DNA of 64,000 bases from Stylophora pistillata. Its lineage: Eukaryota. Positions within the stretch are counted from its first letter, which is position 1. Every line of letters begins with the position of its first letter. A program made the position numbers and the translations under genes. The stretch spans positions 111,159-175,158 of the forward strand of contig NW_019218131.1 in assembly GCF_002571385.2 (NCBI RefSeq), given 5' to 3'. Below, piece by piece: positions 38,101 to 48,275 of this stretch. The notes beneath the pieces were generated by a model. It was not told where the DNA came from. It was given only the letters and a program-made list of their open reading frames with translations, and made no database searches.

Positions 38101-40367
38101 NNNNNNNNNNNNNNNNNNNNNNNNNNNNNNNNNNNNNNNNNNNNNNNNNNNNNNNNNNNNNNNNNNNNNNNNNNNNNNNNNNNNNNNNNNNNNNNNNNNN
38201 NNNNNNNNNNNNNNNNNNNNNNNNNNNNNNNNNNNNNNNNNNNNNNNNNNNNNNNNNNNNNNNNNNNNNNNNNNNNNNNNNNNNNNNNNNNNNNNNNNNN
38301 NNNNNNNNNNNNNNNNNNNNNNNNNNNNNNNNNNNNNNNNNNNNNNNNNNNNNNNNNNNNNNNNNNNNNNNNNNNNNNNNNNNNNNNNNNNNNNNNNNNN
38401 NNNNNNNNNNNNNNNNNNNNNNNNNNNNNNNNNNNNNNNNNNNNNNNNNNNNNNNNNNNNNNNNNNNNNNNNNNNNNNNNNNNNNNNNNNNNNNNNNNNN
38501 NNNNNNNNNNNNNNNNNNNNNNNNNNNNNNNNNNNNNNNNNNNNNNNNNNNNNNNNNNNNNNNNNNNNNNNNNNNNNNNNNNNNNNNNNNNNNNNNNNNN
38601 NNNNNNNNNNNNNNNNNNNNNNNNNNNNNNNNNNNNNNNNNNNNNNNNNNNNNNNNNNNNNNNNNNNNNNNNNNNNNNNNNNNNNNNNNNNNNNNNNNNN
38701 NNNNNNNNNNNNNNNNNNNNNNNNNNNNNNNNNNNNNNNNNNNNNNNNNNNNNNNNNNNNNNNNNNNNNNNNNNNNNNNNNNNNNNNNNNNNNNNNNNNN
38801 NNNNNNNNNNNNNNNNNNNNNNNNNNNNNNNNNNNNNNNNNNNNNNNNNNNNNNNNNNNNNNNNNNNNNNNNNNNAGGAGAAACTGCACAACAATGAAAC
38901 AGCAATAATGATGTTAATAAACCTAAATGAAAAATTTTTCATTATAGTCAATAACCAGAAGATGTACACTTATAATGTAAACTATTAGCAGTGGCAGATC
39001 CAGACGATGAGCTAATGGGGAGGGGGGGGGGGCTGTTTTTTGTCTGATTATGTACACCTGCTGGCTTTTCTTCCTTCTGTGATTTTTTAACCCAAAATAA
39101 TGAGGGAGGGGAGGGGGCTTCCCCTAGATCTGCTCCTGGTTAGTCACTATGATTGCCATTATCAGTTTTGATTACATTTAGCCAAACCTACCTTTCTTTG
39201 AATAGGTGTGGGAAGTTTGTAACCTTTCTTCATAACTCCTTTGAACACTGGGAAACTTAAGCCTACAGATATAATAAAATGTAAAACACTTCTCATAAGA
39301 TTCCAACTTCCTCAGGGCTCAACACTAACTTTTCAACTAATACTAGCCAAGTGACTGATGACACCTTAGATGCTATGACAATGTCAGTTTGTTTACCAGC
39401 CAAACTGGCTTGTGGAAACCGAAATCCACTGGCCAAGAATGAATTTCTACTAGTCTGTGGCTTATGGGCTACCCTTAGTGTTGAGCCCTGTTCCTATAGA
39501 AACTTGAAACCCTTCCTCAACATAGCATATGAATTACAAGATAACAAACTGAATGGGAACAATCAAGGACAGATAATAATGACTTGGAATGTCTTCAAAG
39601 AACCTATGCTTGTAACAAGATGGTAAAAGATTGGATAAAAGGACTAATGAAAAAGAGTTGAAGTAGCAACTGCACAAGCATATGCATGGGCACAAAAGAA
39701 TGATATAATTATAATGTTGTAAACATGCTTTTCTTTAAGTAATTTCTTTCAAGCTAAAGTTCACTTTCATTAAAGTAAATTCTTTTGAGTTTGCTTTTAT
39801 TAATGTTACTTCTTTTTTCGTTGTCATTGGGGCCAGTTTACAATTAAAGGTGAACTACCATCTTTCTTCAAAATAAAATATTATTAAACATCTTCAGTAC
39901 CCATAGATTGAAATCCTCCAGATTTTTTCTTCTTTTTGTTATGCTGAGTGACAAGTCCTCTGGTATAAAGTCCCGTGTCATCATCATCATCACTATTGTC
40001 AACATCATCATGATGTCTTAAATCTTCATCTTGCTCATGATTATATAGTCCATCAGTTTCCACCTAATTTCGATGTAATTTAAATGTACACATACATAAT
40101 TTGGAGAAATCAAGAGAACATTTACTGTCTACTGGAAGGTCTACCATACGTCCTTGATTCCTTTCAATCTCAGGCTCTAAAAAATTCCTCCTCAAAGTCC
40201 ATACATGAAAATAAATAAATAAATAAATAAATAAACCATACCTCATCAAACTCATCAGCCTCTTCATTCTTCTTTTTCTTTCTTCTAAACTTCGATGGAT
40301 GATTGCTAGTTATTTTCCTATTCTTTTTCTGTTTAGAAGACTCAAGAGACCTTTTCTTGGCCATCAT
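14829..40367 (-). CDS. DDX54: ATP-dependent RNA helicase DDX54 / DBP10 (incomplete in the assembly)
   Basis: Exons: 40367-40242, 40063-39901 ([11 protein letters not shown]), 39262-39192 ([11 protein letters not shown]), 37501-37450, 36655-36591 (GSGKT), 34890-34819 (SPTRELA), 34194-34145, 33590-33549, 32973-32878 (TPGR, DEAD), [exon missing at gap], 32520-32462 (SAT), 31770-31709, 30225-30189, 29816-29722, 29171-29114, 28849-28782, 28345-28261 (ARGIDIP, HRV), 28027-27969 (GRVARAGR), 24204-24040 or 22536-22372, 23587-23458 or 21919-21790, 21502-21429, 21028-20967, 20640-20514, [missing], 18044-17943, 17284-17186 ([16 protein letters not shown]: DBP10 C-terminal domain), 15861-15764, 15022-14829. 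Confidence 0.95.
15862..17185 (-). other. DDX54: U12-type (minor spliceosome) GT-AG intron of DDX54
   Basis: 5' splice site GTATCCTTC (U12 consensus RTATCCTT); branch site CCTTAAC at 15881-15875, ending 13 nt before the exon; no polypyrimidine tract. The join gives ASYRKN-I-YRDW in frame. Confidence 0.9.
18167..18224. mobile_element. Short palindromic MITE CAACCTCGTTCCCA...TGGGAACGAGGTTG
   Basis: 14-bp perfect inverted termini visible in the sequence. Confidence 0.75.
18381..19035 (+). mobile_element. Penelope-like element 3' portion (GIY-YIG endonuclease ORF end 18382-18876 plus 3' terminal region)
   Basis: [30 protein letters not shown]...[18 protein letters not shown] is a PLE endonuclease C-terminus. 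The 164-codon frame is uninterrupted and starts at a contig join (N at 18380); downstream GATGAC..GTCATC-GAAACGT hairpin. Confidence 0.85.
19070..19380 (+). mobile_element. Second, degenerate Penelope-like GIY-YIG remnant
   Basis: [10 protein letters not shown]...[37 protein letters not shown], with frameshifts. Confidence 0.75.
19780..19819 (+). ncRNA. Minimal type I hammerhead ribozyme (Penelope-associated)
   Basis: ATCA-CTGATGA-A-GGCT-taagcatt-AGCC-GAAA-CGTC-TGGT: intact CUGAUGA and GAAA boxes, stem II GGCT/AGCC, palindromic ACGT stem III, GUC cleavage triplet, stem I ATCA/TGGT. Confidence 0.75.
21641..24913. repeat. 1605-bp near-identical tandem duplication (21641-23245 and 23309-24913) containing two DDX54 exons
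   Basis: Offset 1668 bp; identical ORFs in the ORF track; one substitution seen by eye (CGCAG near 22814 vs CGAAG near 24482); 63-bp spacer. Confidence 0.95.
22800..23165 (-). mobile_element. tRNA-derived tandem repeat (two units); duplicated at about 24468-24833
   Basis: Reverse complement contains TAGCTCAATTAGTAGAGC (A box) and GGTTCGAATCC (B box); same family as 30514-31167. Confidence 0.8.
25174..26883 (+). CDS. Kelch-like protein (BTB-BACK-Kelch, KLHL family), intronless, nested antisense in a DDX54 intron
   Basis: 569-aa ORF: [23 protein letters not shown] (BTB), [14 protein letters not shown]....WVKHD..R..LF.HVRL (BACK), kelch repeats with GG..YDP...W. Confidence 0.95.
   Translation: MEGTVVTMEPRTGMNRRKHQQQQDMLRTMNSFRKSRTFCDVFLVVENGTLPAHKVVLAANSSFFKASFTFELTKEKSTSEVEVNLRVFYLDGMEELLNFIYTGECGVSEKNAEQLLAMADYFDIPSLKETCAEFLMISLKPSNCLWIQVFAKRYNHELLYEAATEYICNNLSSIWKTNEFLCFDFIDVEELICGERLVIKTQRGEEEVFEGIRAWVKHDSENRENFFEDLFRHVRLSAMSIQFISEFIECDELVTQSHDSQSLVTAALRIPDEARDEPRGVTESIVLLSKNGCCSCFTPATGMWYDLARLPSFNEPRAITICEGLLFAIGWQDDRLTIENFDPQINTWSEVLSTLTNLPTAAVSVDDSIFLLKENGLTRFKPVDHSWEDMAPMDSSRRGLCAVSLNGLVYAIGGHDGLRQLGLNIVERYDPQRDQWEYVSPMDERRAFASATVTSNKIFVVGGTGDHFLPLQNCELYDPITNMWSLLSAELCVPRSHAALGKAKRKIFVFGGTYSNGIVEYFDRENEAWTEIGKMPSTLSYNHACVTWLPKAMLKSLRGSKLLCDQQKG
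29990..30120 (+). mobile_element. Short hammerhead-carrying retroelement remnant (PLE pseudo-LTR / retrozyme-like)
   Basis: CTGACAAAGGGCAAACGCTCGAAACGTCAG at 30027-30056 (CUGANGA box mutated), preceded by an inverted partial copy AGCTGACGTATCGAGCGTTAGC at 29990-30011. Confidence 0.65.
30514..31167 (+). mobile_element. Tandem array of three ~250-bp tRNA(Thr)-like units (pseudo-tRNA/SINE) inserted into a MITE
   Basis: Units start at 30514, 30773 and 31022. Acceptor stem GGCTTGT/ACAGGCC, D arm GCTC/GAGC, loop CTAGTAT (AGT), B box GGTTC(G/A)AATCC, then a T6 run; T-stem is mismatched. Confidence 0.8.
32651..32888. repeat. 74-bp perfect inverted duplication next to a gap (32651-32724 vs 32815-32888), probable assembly fold-back
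   Basis: Exact reverse complement including part of the DEAD exon/donor; starts immediately after the N run. Confidence 0.85.
35290..35429. repeat. 35-bp minisatellite x4 (CATATGCTGAATTATACAATGCATTTTGATTGGTT)
   Basis: Four consecutive near-identical units with no spacers. Confidence 0.95.
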
Positions 40368-40399
40368 AGACTGTAAAATTAACTATTAATCTGTGATTG

Positions 40400-40744
40400 C
40401 TAACCACGAAGCGGAAATAAACCATTCAAATGTGTAAAATTGTTATGCTGTCCGCTACGTCCGTCGTTTTACCATGCTTGAAGAGCCAGCGATAAAAATG
40501 GATAGCGGAAGTGGAAAATTTTTTAGCGATTTCATTGGTCAGTACCGTGACAACGTAATAGGAGTAAACCAATCACAGCCCGCATAAGGACGCGGCAAGC
40601 CTAAACATGCGCCAAAGTTATTATTGTCATCTGTCACCTTCTTGAGTATCCATAGAAGAAGTAGCGTAGAGAGTTAAAAAACTTTGGAAAACTTTGTCTT
40701 AGTAGAGCTTTACAGACTCATTTCAATCTCAGTGCGATAAAGAC
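40400..40744. promoter_or_regulatory. Bidirectional promoter between DDX54 and the 148-aa ORF
   Basis: Start codons are 378 bp apart head-to-head. ETS-like GCGGAAGT (40505-40512), CCAAT boxes (ATTGG 40534-40538, CCAAT 40569-40573), E2F consensus GCGCCAAA = TTTGGCGC (40609-40616). Confidence 0.65.
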
Positions 40745-41191
40745 ATGGAGAGATGTGTATCTGCTGCTCAAGCAACTCCACCAATAGAGGACAATCCGTC
40801 CTTCGCTCAGCACATTTTGTGGGCACCGAAGAAGAAGCGCTTGCATCGAAGAGTGATTTCATCAGATCTTCCATCAAGCGCAAGAGCTCATTCGCATTCG
40901 AAAATTAGAAAGCGCTTGATATACCCATCTCTGGAAGACAATGAAAGAAAAGGCGAAGAAGAAGAATCAAGCCACATGCTGGAATGTAAAAAGGATTCAT
41001 ACAGCGAGGAAAAGCATCCTTTACGGACGCCCGATTGCGTAGGAGACAAGCGAAATGGCGTTCAACTCAGTCATCTCAACTTGTCGAAGCCAACGGATGC
41101 ACGTGCTCAGCAGCTCAAAACTAATCACAAAGACAGAAATGTGGATCCACAGCGCATCAAAAGGAAGTTGGCTTTAAGCAGCTTTCGTTGA
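40745..41191 (+). CDS. Uncharacterised 148-aa basic, disordered nuclear protein with RxL cyclin-docking-like motifs
   Basis: Single-exon ORF, good Kozak context (GACATGG), directly downstream of promoter motifs; NLS-like PKKKR; RKRLIY and KRKLAL; TP sites. Confidence 0.65.
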   Translation: MERCVSAAQATPPIEDNPSFAQHILWAPKKKRLHRRVISSDLPSSARAHSHSKIRKRLIYPSLEDNERKGEEEESSHMLECKKDSYSEEKHPLRTPDCVGDKRNGVQLSHLNLSKPTDARAQQLKTNHKDRNVDPQRIKRKLALSSFR

Positions 41192-43973
41192 AGAAACGGA
41201 AAAACTTTAAGTGAATGAAACAGACAACTGAACATTGCATAGTGGTTGAATTGAAGTGCATGTCGTAAAGTTGTCGAATTTGAAACTTTCACCCAGTTTG
41301 AAACTGTGGTGGTACTTTGAAAGCTAAGCAATTTGACAGCAATTAATTTATAGGAACAGCGTTCTGAGAGCGTTCATCAATCTTTGCTGATTGACATTCA
41401 ATTTGAACTGTTTTAAACAGTCCAAGAAAATGCGGAATTTAAATTAATGTAAGAAGGACTTGCAATTGGTCGGTGCAAGTATTTAACTTGCCAAAAGCTA
41501 GCTTTGCTTGCAAGTTTGAAAAAAATTAAGTGAAGCCTGACCACAAAGAAACTTGTGAAACCATAAAAAATTAATATATGAACTCTGTAAGTTGATTAAA
41601 AATCATTTTAAAAATACGAATCTATTACAGTTTATTTCAACAACTGTTGTCTTAATGCTCTGCTTGCAAGTTCTATTCTTCCATCTTGACGAAATTTTTG
41701 AGAAAAGCAAAACAAACTGCCTAAACGACTGACAGCTGGTGAAGTTAGAAATTTCAGTGTGGCCAAAAGCAAATGTAGTCCACTGATATCTGTGCAAGTA
41801 TTAAATATTTTCCATTCAAAACAAAGTCAGTGCTTTTTTTGCCAGGAACAGATTGCTTAGACGTCTTTTCTGATTTTGGACTGGGGACCATTTACAGATT
41901 TGACACCCCCAAATCAATATGTATATTCTCACACTGCTTCTAACACATTTTGTATGGTACTGACAAGGAGAAACTGCACAACAAAAATCGCAAGCCTCTT
42001 AATTCATGATCAGTTTCCTCCAAATACTGGATGCAGCAGTGCTACAAAGGTTTCCAAGAGTGTTTTCTTGCGATGACATCATTTGAATTGCATCAGGTAC
42101 AGTCAACAGTAGGGAAACTAGAAGTTTGATTCACTGGAATTTATAGTTGGGCAAGGGTGTAGCAAGTCATTTTTGGCTTGTAAGCCTGTTCCATACTTCA
42201 TAAGTATAGTGTGGCCAGGGAAGGTAAATATATTCCAAGAAAAAATAAATATTCAGAGAAGACTTGGTAAGCCCAGGCTTCCTGGCTTAAAGGGAGCTAC
42301 ATGCCTTTCAGGCCAGCAAAGCTGCATGTACACTATTATAATTTTAGTTGGGAAAGGACAGAACCAAGAACAAAGTTGCAAACAGTGTTCCAAGCAAATA
42401 TCACTTAAATGAGAAACCAAAATAATATTGCAACATTTAACTTAATGCTAGCAGTGTTGCTATATAATATTCTTTTTAATATATATTTTCACAAGAAATG
42501 CTTCAATAAGTTCTCTCCAAGCAAGAACAATGTTTCTGAATCCCAGCGCAGTTGTTCAAAGGGTAGTTGATGGTAGCCAATGAATAAACCCTTGTCACAG
42601 TGCTATCTCCACCAGATAGAGATTAATCCAGTGTAGGACCTCACCGACCCTATGAACAACAGCAGCCTGGACTGTAATGTACAGCTGCACTACCCTTCAA
42701 ATGTTGCTGTTCAAGAATGTGAAAACATTTTCTTTTTGAGAACAAAAAATAATTACCAGCATTAAAAATATTTCAACATTAAACACCATATTATTACAAC
42801 TAAATTCCTAAGAGAGGCATTAAAGAGATCTTGATACTCTTAGAGTTGATTGCTGATGATGACATAAAAAATTTGTTGCCCACATATGCAAATAGATGCC
42901 CCAAAATGTTCATCTCTTAGAAATAATCTCCTGTACCTATTTAAAAATGCTCTCACATTATTGAATTATGCAACATCTGTGGCATGTTTTAGTTCTACAT
43001 AATCGCCAAAAGAAAAAAATTGCAAATCAATAAAAATATCTAAAACAGTGTGCATGACAGCTAAGATTCTTGGACTAAAAGTGTTCAATTTTTATGAAAA
43101 CTTCTGCAATGGAAACTGTACTTTTCATAGGAATGTTTGTATCCAAAAAATATTGGAACCAACCATTATAAAGATCAACTTTGCCTGTCTACACTACAGG
43201 TTAATGTATAATCATGTACCGGTAAACTATCTTTCTTTATTTCATATATATATATAGTGTACAGTAGTATCTTCTAAAAGATATGGCTTTCTCTGATGCT
43301 TTCTGAAACATCAAGCAAAATTAACAAGAAAACTGAGCTCTCTAATGAACGTTTCTTAAATTCTCTCAGATCTTAAAACTTGCATAAAGATGTACCTGTT
43401 AAAAGACACTATAACCCAAAAAGATCCTAAAAGAACATAACATGCCTGGCACAATAGCTCAAAAATTGTCTTGATCGAATCAAAAGCAACACAAACATAA
43501 CTAAGCATCAAAGCAAAGATAAACAACAACAACAATGGAAACCAACAACCCCACCCTAAACCCTAGACTAAGATCTTCGAAGATGAAAGGTACTGTACTA
43601 TTCTTCTAACTTAAGGTCCAACTGCACCCTTTTCTTTGCACCTGCTGCTGACTCATCACTCTGTGCATACAAATGGCTCAACCCCCCCTCCCCTTCCTTC
43701 CCTTCATGGTGCCTTGCTGTGCTACAGTGTATTTCTTAAAATAATTTTCTTTCCCTTCCCATTGCTTCTCTCTATCTACTCTCTTTGTAATTCATCTATA
43801 ACAAATTATAAGTTTTAGATGAAAAAATTGTATGTGCTGATCTAAGACATTCCAGGTTTAATTTATTTAAAATATTACTAATCCTTTGCCACTTATTAAA
43901 CCCACACACAAAAGTAACAACCAGTAGTCAGAGTTGCAAGTAATGACTAGGGATGCATGGTTCAACCTCCAAG

Positions 43974-46900
43974 TTAGGAGACTTTCACTCCTTCTCCATG
44001 GGCAGTTGATCCTTTTTTGATAGAGTCCTCTAGTCTTGACAACCATCTAGTACACAAAAAGTAAAGATGAAAATGGCTATTAGTATTTAGTTAGCTGACA
44101 ATATTAAAATGAGGAAAAATGACAATTAAACCTTTACACCCCAACATCAGTATGTATATTCTCTGTACTGTTCTCTATACATATCTCAAGGTGCTGAAAA
44201 GGAGAATTTGTTCAACAATCAATAGCTTCTTTAGTTGTGATCAATTCCTTTATTCTTGTGACATTTATGTGCGATTCTAAAGGACCAAAATGGTTATTCC
44301 TTGTTGCTTTCTCTCTCTCTTTGGCAGTGACATTAGATTGCACTAACAACAAAACAAATGATACATACATGCAGCTGCTCAAAAGCACATCACTCCTGAT
44401 ATTTGTGTGCTCACAAGATATCGAGAGATGCCAGTAGGCCATTTTACAGTTGTGTGCTTAGTTGCCAAGCCTTTGATTTGAAGTGAGGCTGAAAGTGACT
44501 TTGTTGTGATGGGGACCAGTATCTAAGTCAGCATGATAACATTTGTATCATAACAGGATCACCCTTAGCCTCTGACTACTATTCAAAGGCTTGGCAACCA
44601 AGGTACAATGGTGCTAGCATACATGTATGTTCAGAAAATTCTAATACATGAATCCCATCAAAATAGCTCAGGCTACAGATGAGCCATTGAGCTCCAGATA
44701 TCATTACAATGACATGTGTGACCCCCATGGCAAAATCCACAGGCCAACCACTCTGGACTTCATTATCATTAAGGATGTTATGATAGTATGTTAATTTTGT
44801 AACTACTACAAAGATCCCCTACCTATTCCTGTCCATTTCACTTTCAGCTGCAAAAAAGTAAGTCCTGTATGATGGATCTGTGGAAATAGCTTTAAAGAAG
44901 TACTTCTTTTCCTTCTGCTCTCCTGGTTGAATTGTGTAGCCAAGAAGCTTTGCCACACCCAAGGCAACTGTGTTGGACATGTCAGAGTAGTAGTAGAGAA
45001 AGCCATCCTTAAGAACAAAATAGCGTTTCCTCCAAACCTTGATACCCTGGCCTTGTTTGTGTAGGTAACCATGGCAATCTGGATCCCTGATTGATAGGGC
45101 AGGAATGCTGACATTGTGAACACTTCCTTCCGAAAGAGTAAATGGATTGGACTACACAGGGGAAGGAAAGAGGAATACATAATATGCATTATCGACGATG
45201 TTTTTTCAATTACATTAATATGGCTGGATGTTGGGAAAAACAGCAAACAAGCAAATAAACCAAAAGAAAGCCAATCTACTAAGAATACTTCAATAAGTTT
45301 CATTCCATATCCCAAGCTCATATTCTGTGATCAAATGTTTCTCATTCTTTTCTCAGAATATGCGAAAGCAAGCAGTGAAATTCGCTTGAGCCCCAAGCAC
45401 CTACTAAGAACTCTGATACCAATGCAATTACTAGTGATATTTGTGTTAGATAGAAAATTAAAAAAGAAAAAAGCTACATACACTGCTAGAGGACCCCTTG
45501 ATCGCATCCATCATGGCCATCATCCACTTCCTCATGTCTACATCACTACCTGCACACATGTAATATGTCCTAGCACCACCCTTGGTCAACTTGAAGCAGT
45601 ACGGTTTGTTAATCTCTGGTGCTTTTGATATGGAGTAGTTTGACAAGATGATTGCTCCACAGGGTGCTTTATCTTTTTGCTTGTTGTAGTAGTAGAGACA
45701 GTTGTCCCTTTTCAATGCAAACCTGGTGCATGCAAGTAACACGTCATAAAGATACGTTAACTTGACTGCAGGGTTTTTTTTTTATGAAATACTTAATAAC
45801 TGCCAGTGGTACTCTACACTTTTTGGATAAAAGAGGCAGAGTAAGACACTTATACCCCATTCACACCAAAAAACATCTTAAGTTATCCCAGATTTAAATA
45901 AAAATCAACTGCAATAGATCGTTTGCACCACACTTTATCACTGGACAACTGTCTTACCATCTTTTCCTCCAATTTTTTGGTGTTAGGCCAGAACCACCCA
46001 TCTTCAACAAGTGTCCTCTGATGTAATCTGAACACAACAACAAAAAGAATTAATTGCCTTAATTGGTTAAAAAAAATTCAATCTCTTTTCTCTTGTTCCT
46101 TCTCATATCCTTGATGCACTGATCATACTTGTAAGTACTTGATCATGAAGTCTGATCACCCATTTACTGTCTGCTTCCTAGCATGACCTTATCAGAGTTG
46201 GTCAGAGTTAGTCAGAAAAAAAAAATTAAAAATGACAAAAAATCATACAGATCACCACTAACCTTCCTTTGTTGATTTCCCATCAACAATGTCACCTTTG
46301 GAAAAACTTTCACGGAAGTCTCTCTCCGAAACAGTCGATGAATCTGATGACAGACGCTCCCTATCTGTTTCTAGAAGCCATGACTTTCTATTAGTAGAAG
46401 CTCCAAGATTGTCAGGAACAAATGCATTATTGTCGTCTTCATCATCTCCATAATCAGAGGGTGTGTCAGAATCTATTCCATCCTCATTCGGTGCTGGTGT
46501 TCCAGGTCGACTGTTTGGTGAGCTTTCTTCTGTACCTGCAGATATGCCACTTTCATCCGTTGTTATCTCAATATCAGGTACTGCCTTACCCATGCCACTC
46601 CTTGCAACTTCCAGGTCAAGTTCATCTGCAGAATCTGACTTTTCAGTTGAAGCATTGTCCAGGTCCTTTTTGCATTCCTGTCCTGTTACCCCTTGCAACA
46701 ATTCCTCTGCATTACTTACTTCTCCTGCTGATTCAACTTCTTTCCCTACCTCTTCATGTCCATCCACTGGTTTACTTGTCTGCAAGACACTGCTGTCTTC
46801 AACTTGTGAATCCTCATTGCAGGGTAGAACTTGCTCAGCAGATACAGCCTTTTCCTTTTCAACCTCTTGTATTTCAGCAACATCCACATCAGTTCCCTTG

Positions 46901-47991
46901 TTGTCATTATTAATTTCATCCACTAAGTTGTTACCACTCACTCTCTCTTTGTTTCCTTCATCAACATTTTGTAATGTAGTCAACTCCACGCATCCTCCTT
47001 TGTTATCTTCCTCATCCATTTTCTTTTCATTTGATTGTTTCATTTGAGTCATTGCTGTACATAGTTGCTGTTCTAGCCCTGCCAGATCCTCCATGGCCCT
47101 TGATAAGCTCTTGGCAACATCAGCTGTGATTGACTTTGGGTAACTCTCGCTATCAACCTCTTTGGCATCACCAGATGAAACACTAGCATTGTCAACACTA
47201 TCGTTCTTATTACTCTCAGTTGCTTTTACTATATTACCAACCCCACTGTTTTCTAAACTTTCTTCTATTCTGACTGTCTCATTTATTCCATATGGATTTG
47301 ACTGAGCAACATCAGTTTTACCAATTAGATCAACTGCTTTCCCTTCATCACACACCAGGTTTGGTGTTGCCATTTTTTCTGATGGTACCTCTGTGGCATC
47401 TTGCTCAGGTATAGCATGTGAATTTACCTCACCTCCAACAGATATGGATAATGCAGAATCACCTTCTTCTATATCTCCACCTTGAAGACATGACTGTTCA
47501 TTTTCACTGTTAACAGGTAATAAAACTTCTGAAGATTCAACTGTTTCTTCTTGATCAAGTGCTCTCTTCAAAGAATCCTCAAGATCATTTTCTGTTTTGT
47601 TATGATCATTTGTTTCAGTTTGAGCATCTGTTAGTAGTTCATCTGTATCCCTGTTAGAATCATTTTGGCCCAAGATTGAAGGATCAGAAGAAGCATTTGC
47701 TTCTCCTTCATCACTTGTTTTGTCCAATTTATCTTCTTTCCCTCCATCAGTACTGTTGCTTTCTTCCTGCTTCTGAGCAGGGGGATCAGACCCAGACCCC
47801 ACTCCAACTCCATCCAAAGCATCAGTCTCCTCTTCTTGGAGTTCAGGATCATTCGCAATCTCCATAAAAGAATCAAACAACTCATCAGCAGCTACTTCAT
47901 CAGAAGATGATAATTCTTGTGGGTTTTTTTCCTCAGGTTTTTCTTCTTGATCCATGGGACCAGCAGTATCCTCTCTTGCTTCATCAGCCAT
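43974..47991 (-). CDS. Acidic disordered N-terminus + tandem PH-domain protein (about 813 aa)
   Basis: Exons 47991-46263 (Glu/Asp/Ser-rich), 46027-45958 (IRGHLLKMGGSGLTPKNWRKRW), 45722-45482 (FALKRDNCLYYY...RKWMMAM), 45151-44823 (CHGYLHKQGQGIKVWRKRYFVLKDGFLYYY...TYFFAAESEMDRN), 44046-43974 (RWLSRLE...TAA). All phases consistent; in-frame TGA just upstream of the ATG; a 5' UTR acceptor at 48015 and a probable UTR exon donor near 51929. Confidence 0.88.
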
Positions 47992-48073
47992 TGCTCAAAC
48001 ACTCAAGTCAAATCCTGCATGAAAGGGATGAGAAAATTATTTTTTATCTCCTCAAGTCAAGTCCTTAAAAGTC

Positions 48074-48275
48074 AGAGGCAGTGTGGCCAAGTGGTCAGCG
48101 TGTCGGGCTTGCAATCCATCGCTCCCGGGTTCAAGTCCCGCCCTGACCACTACCTGAATTTGTTTCATGGTGGCTCTGAGTTCAAATTCTCGGCCATGCT
48201 TGTAAATAGCCAACTGGTTTGCCTCCGGCCAGTTGGGATTCTTAACAATGTTATGTTCAATTTGAATTATTTGTT
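48074..48275 (+). mobile_element. tRNA-derived SINE; second copy at about 54225-54400
   Basis: TGGCCAAGTGG A box, GGTTCAAGTCC B box, shared body GAGTTCAAATTCTCGGCC..GTAAATAGCCAACTGGTTTGCCTCC..AGTTGGGATT. Confidence 0.75.

Noticed and set aside
38011-38969. Long ORFs across N runs (also 56091-56931)
   Set aside because: Artefacts of translating gaps.
44806-45321. 171-aa ORF in the track
   Set aside because: Wrong frame; the true exon 45151-44823 encodes a PH domain in another frame.
46422-47047. Plus-strand ORFs of 163 and 194 aa
   Set aside because: Antisense shadows of the acidic exon.
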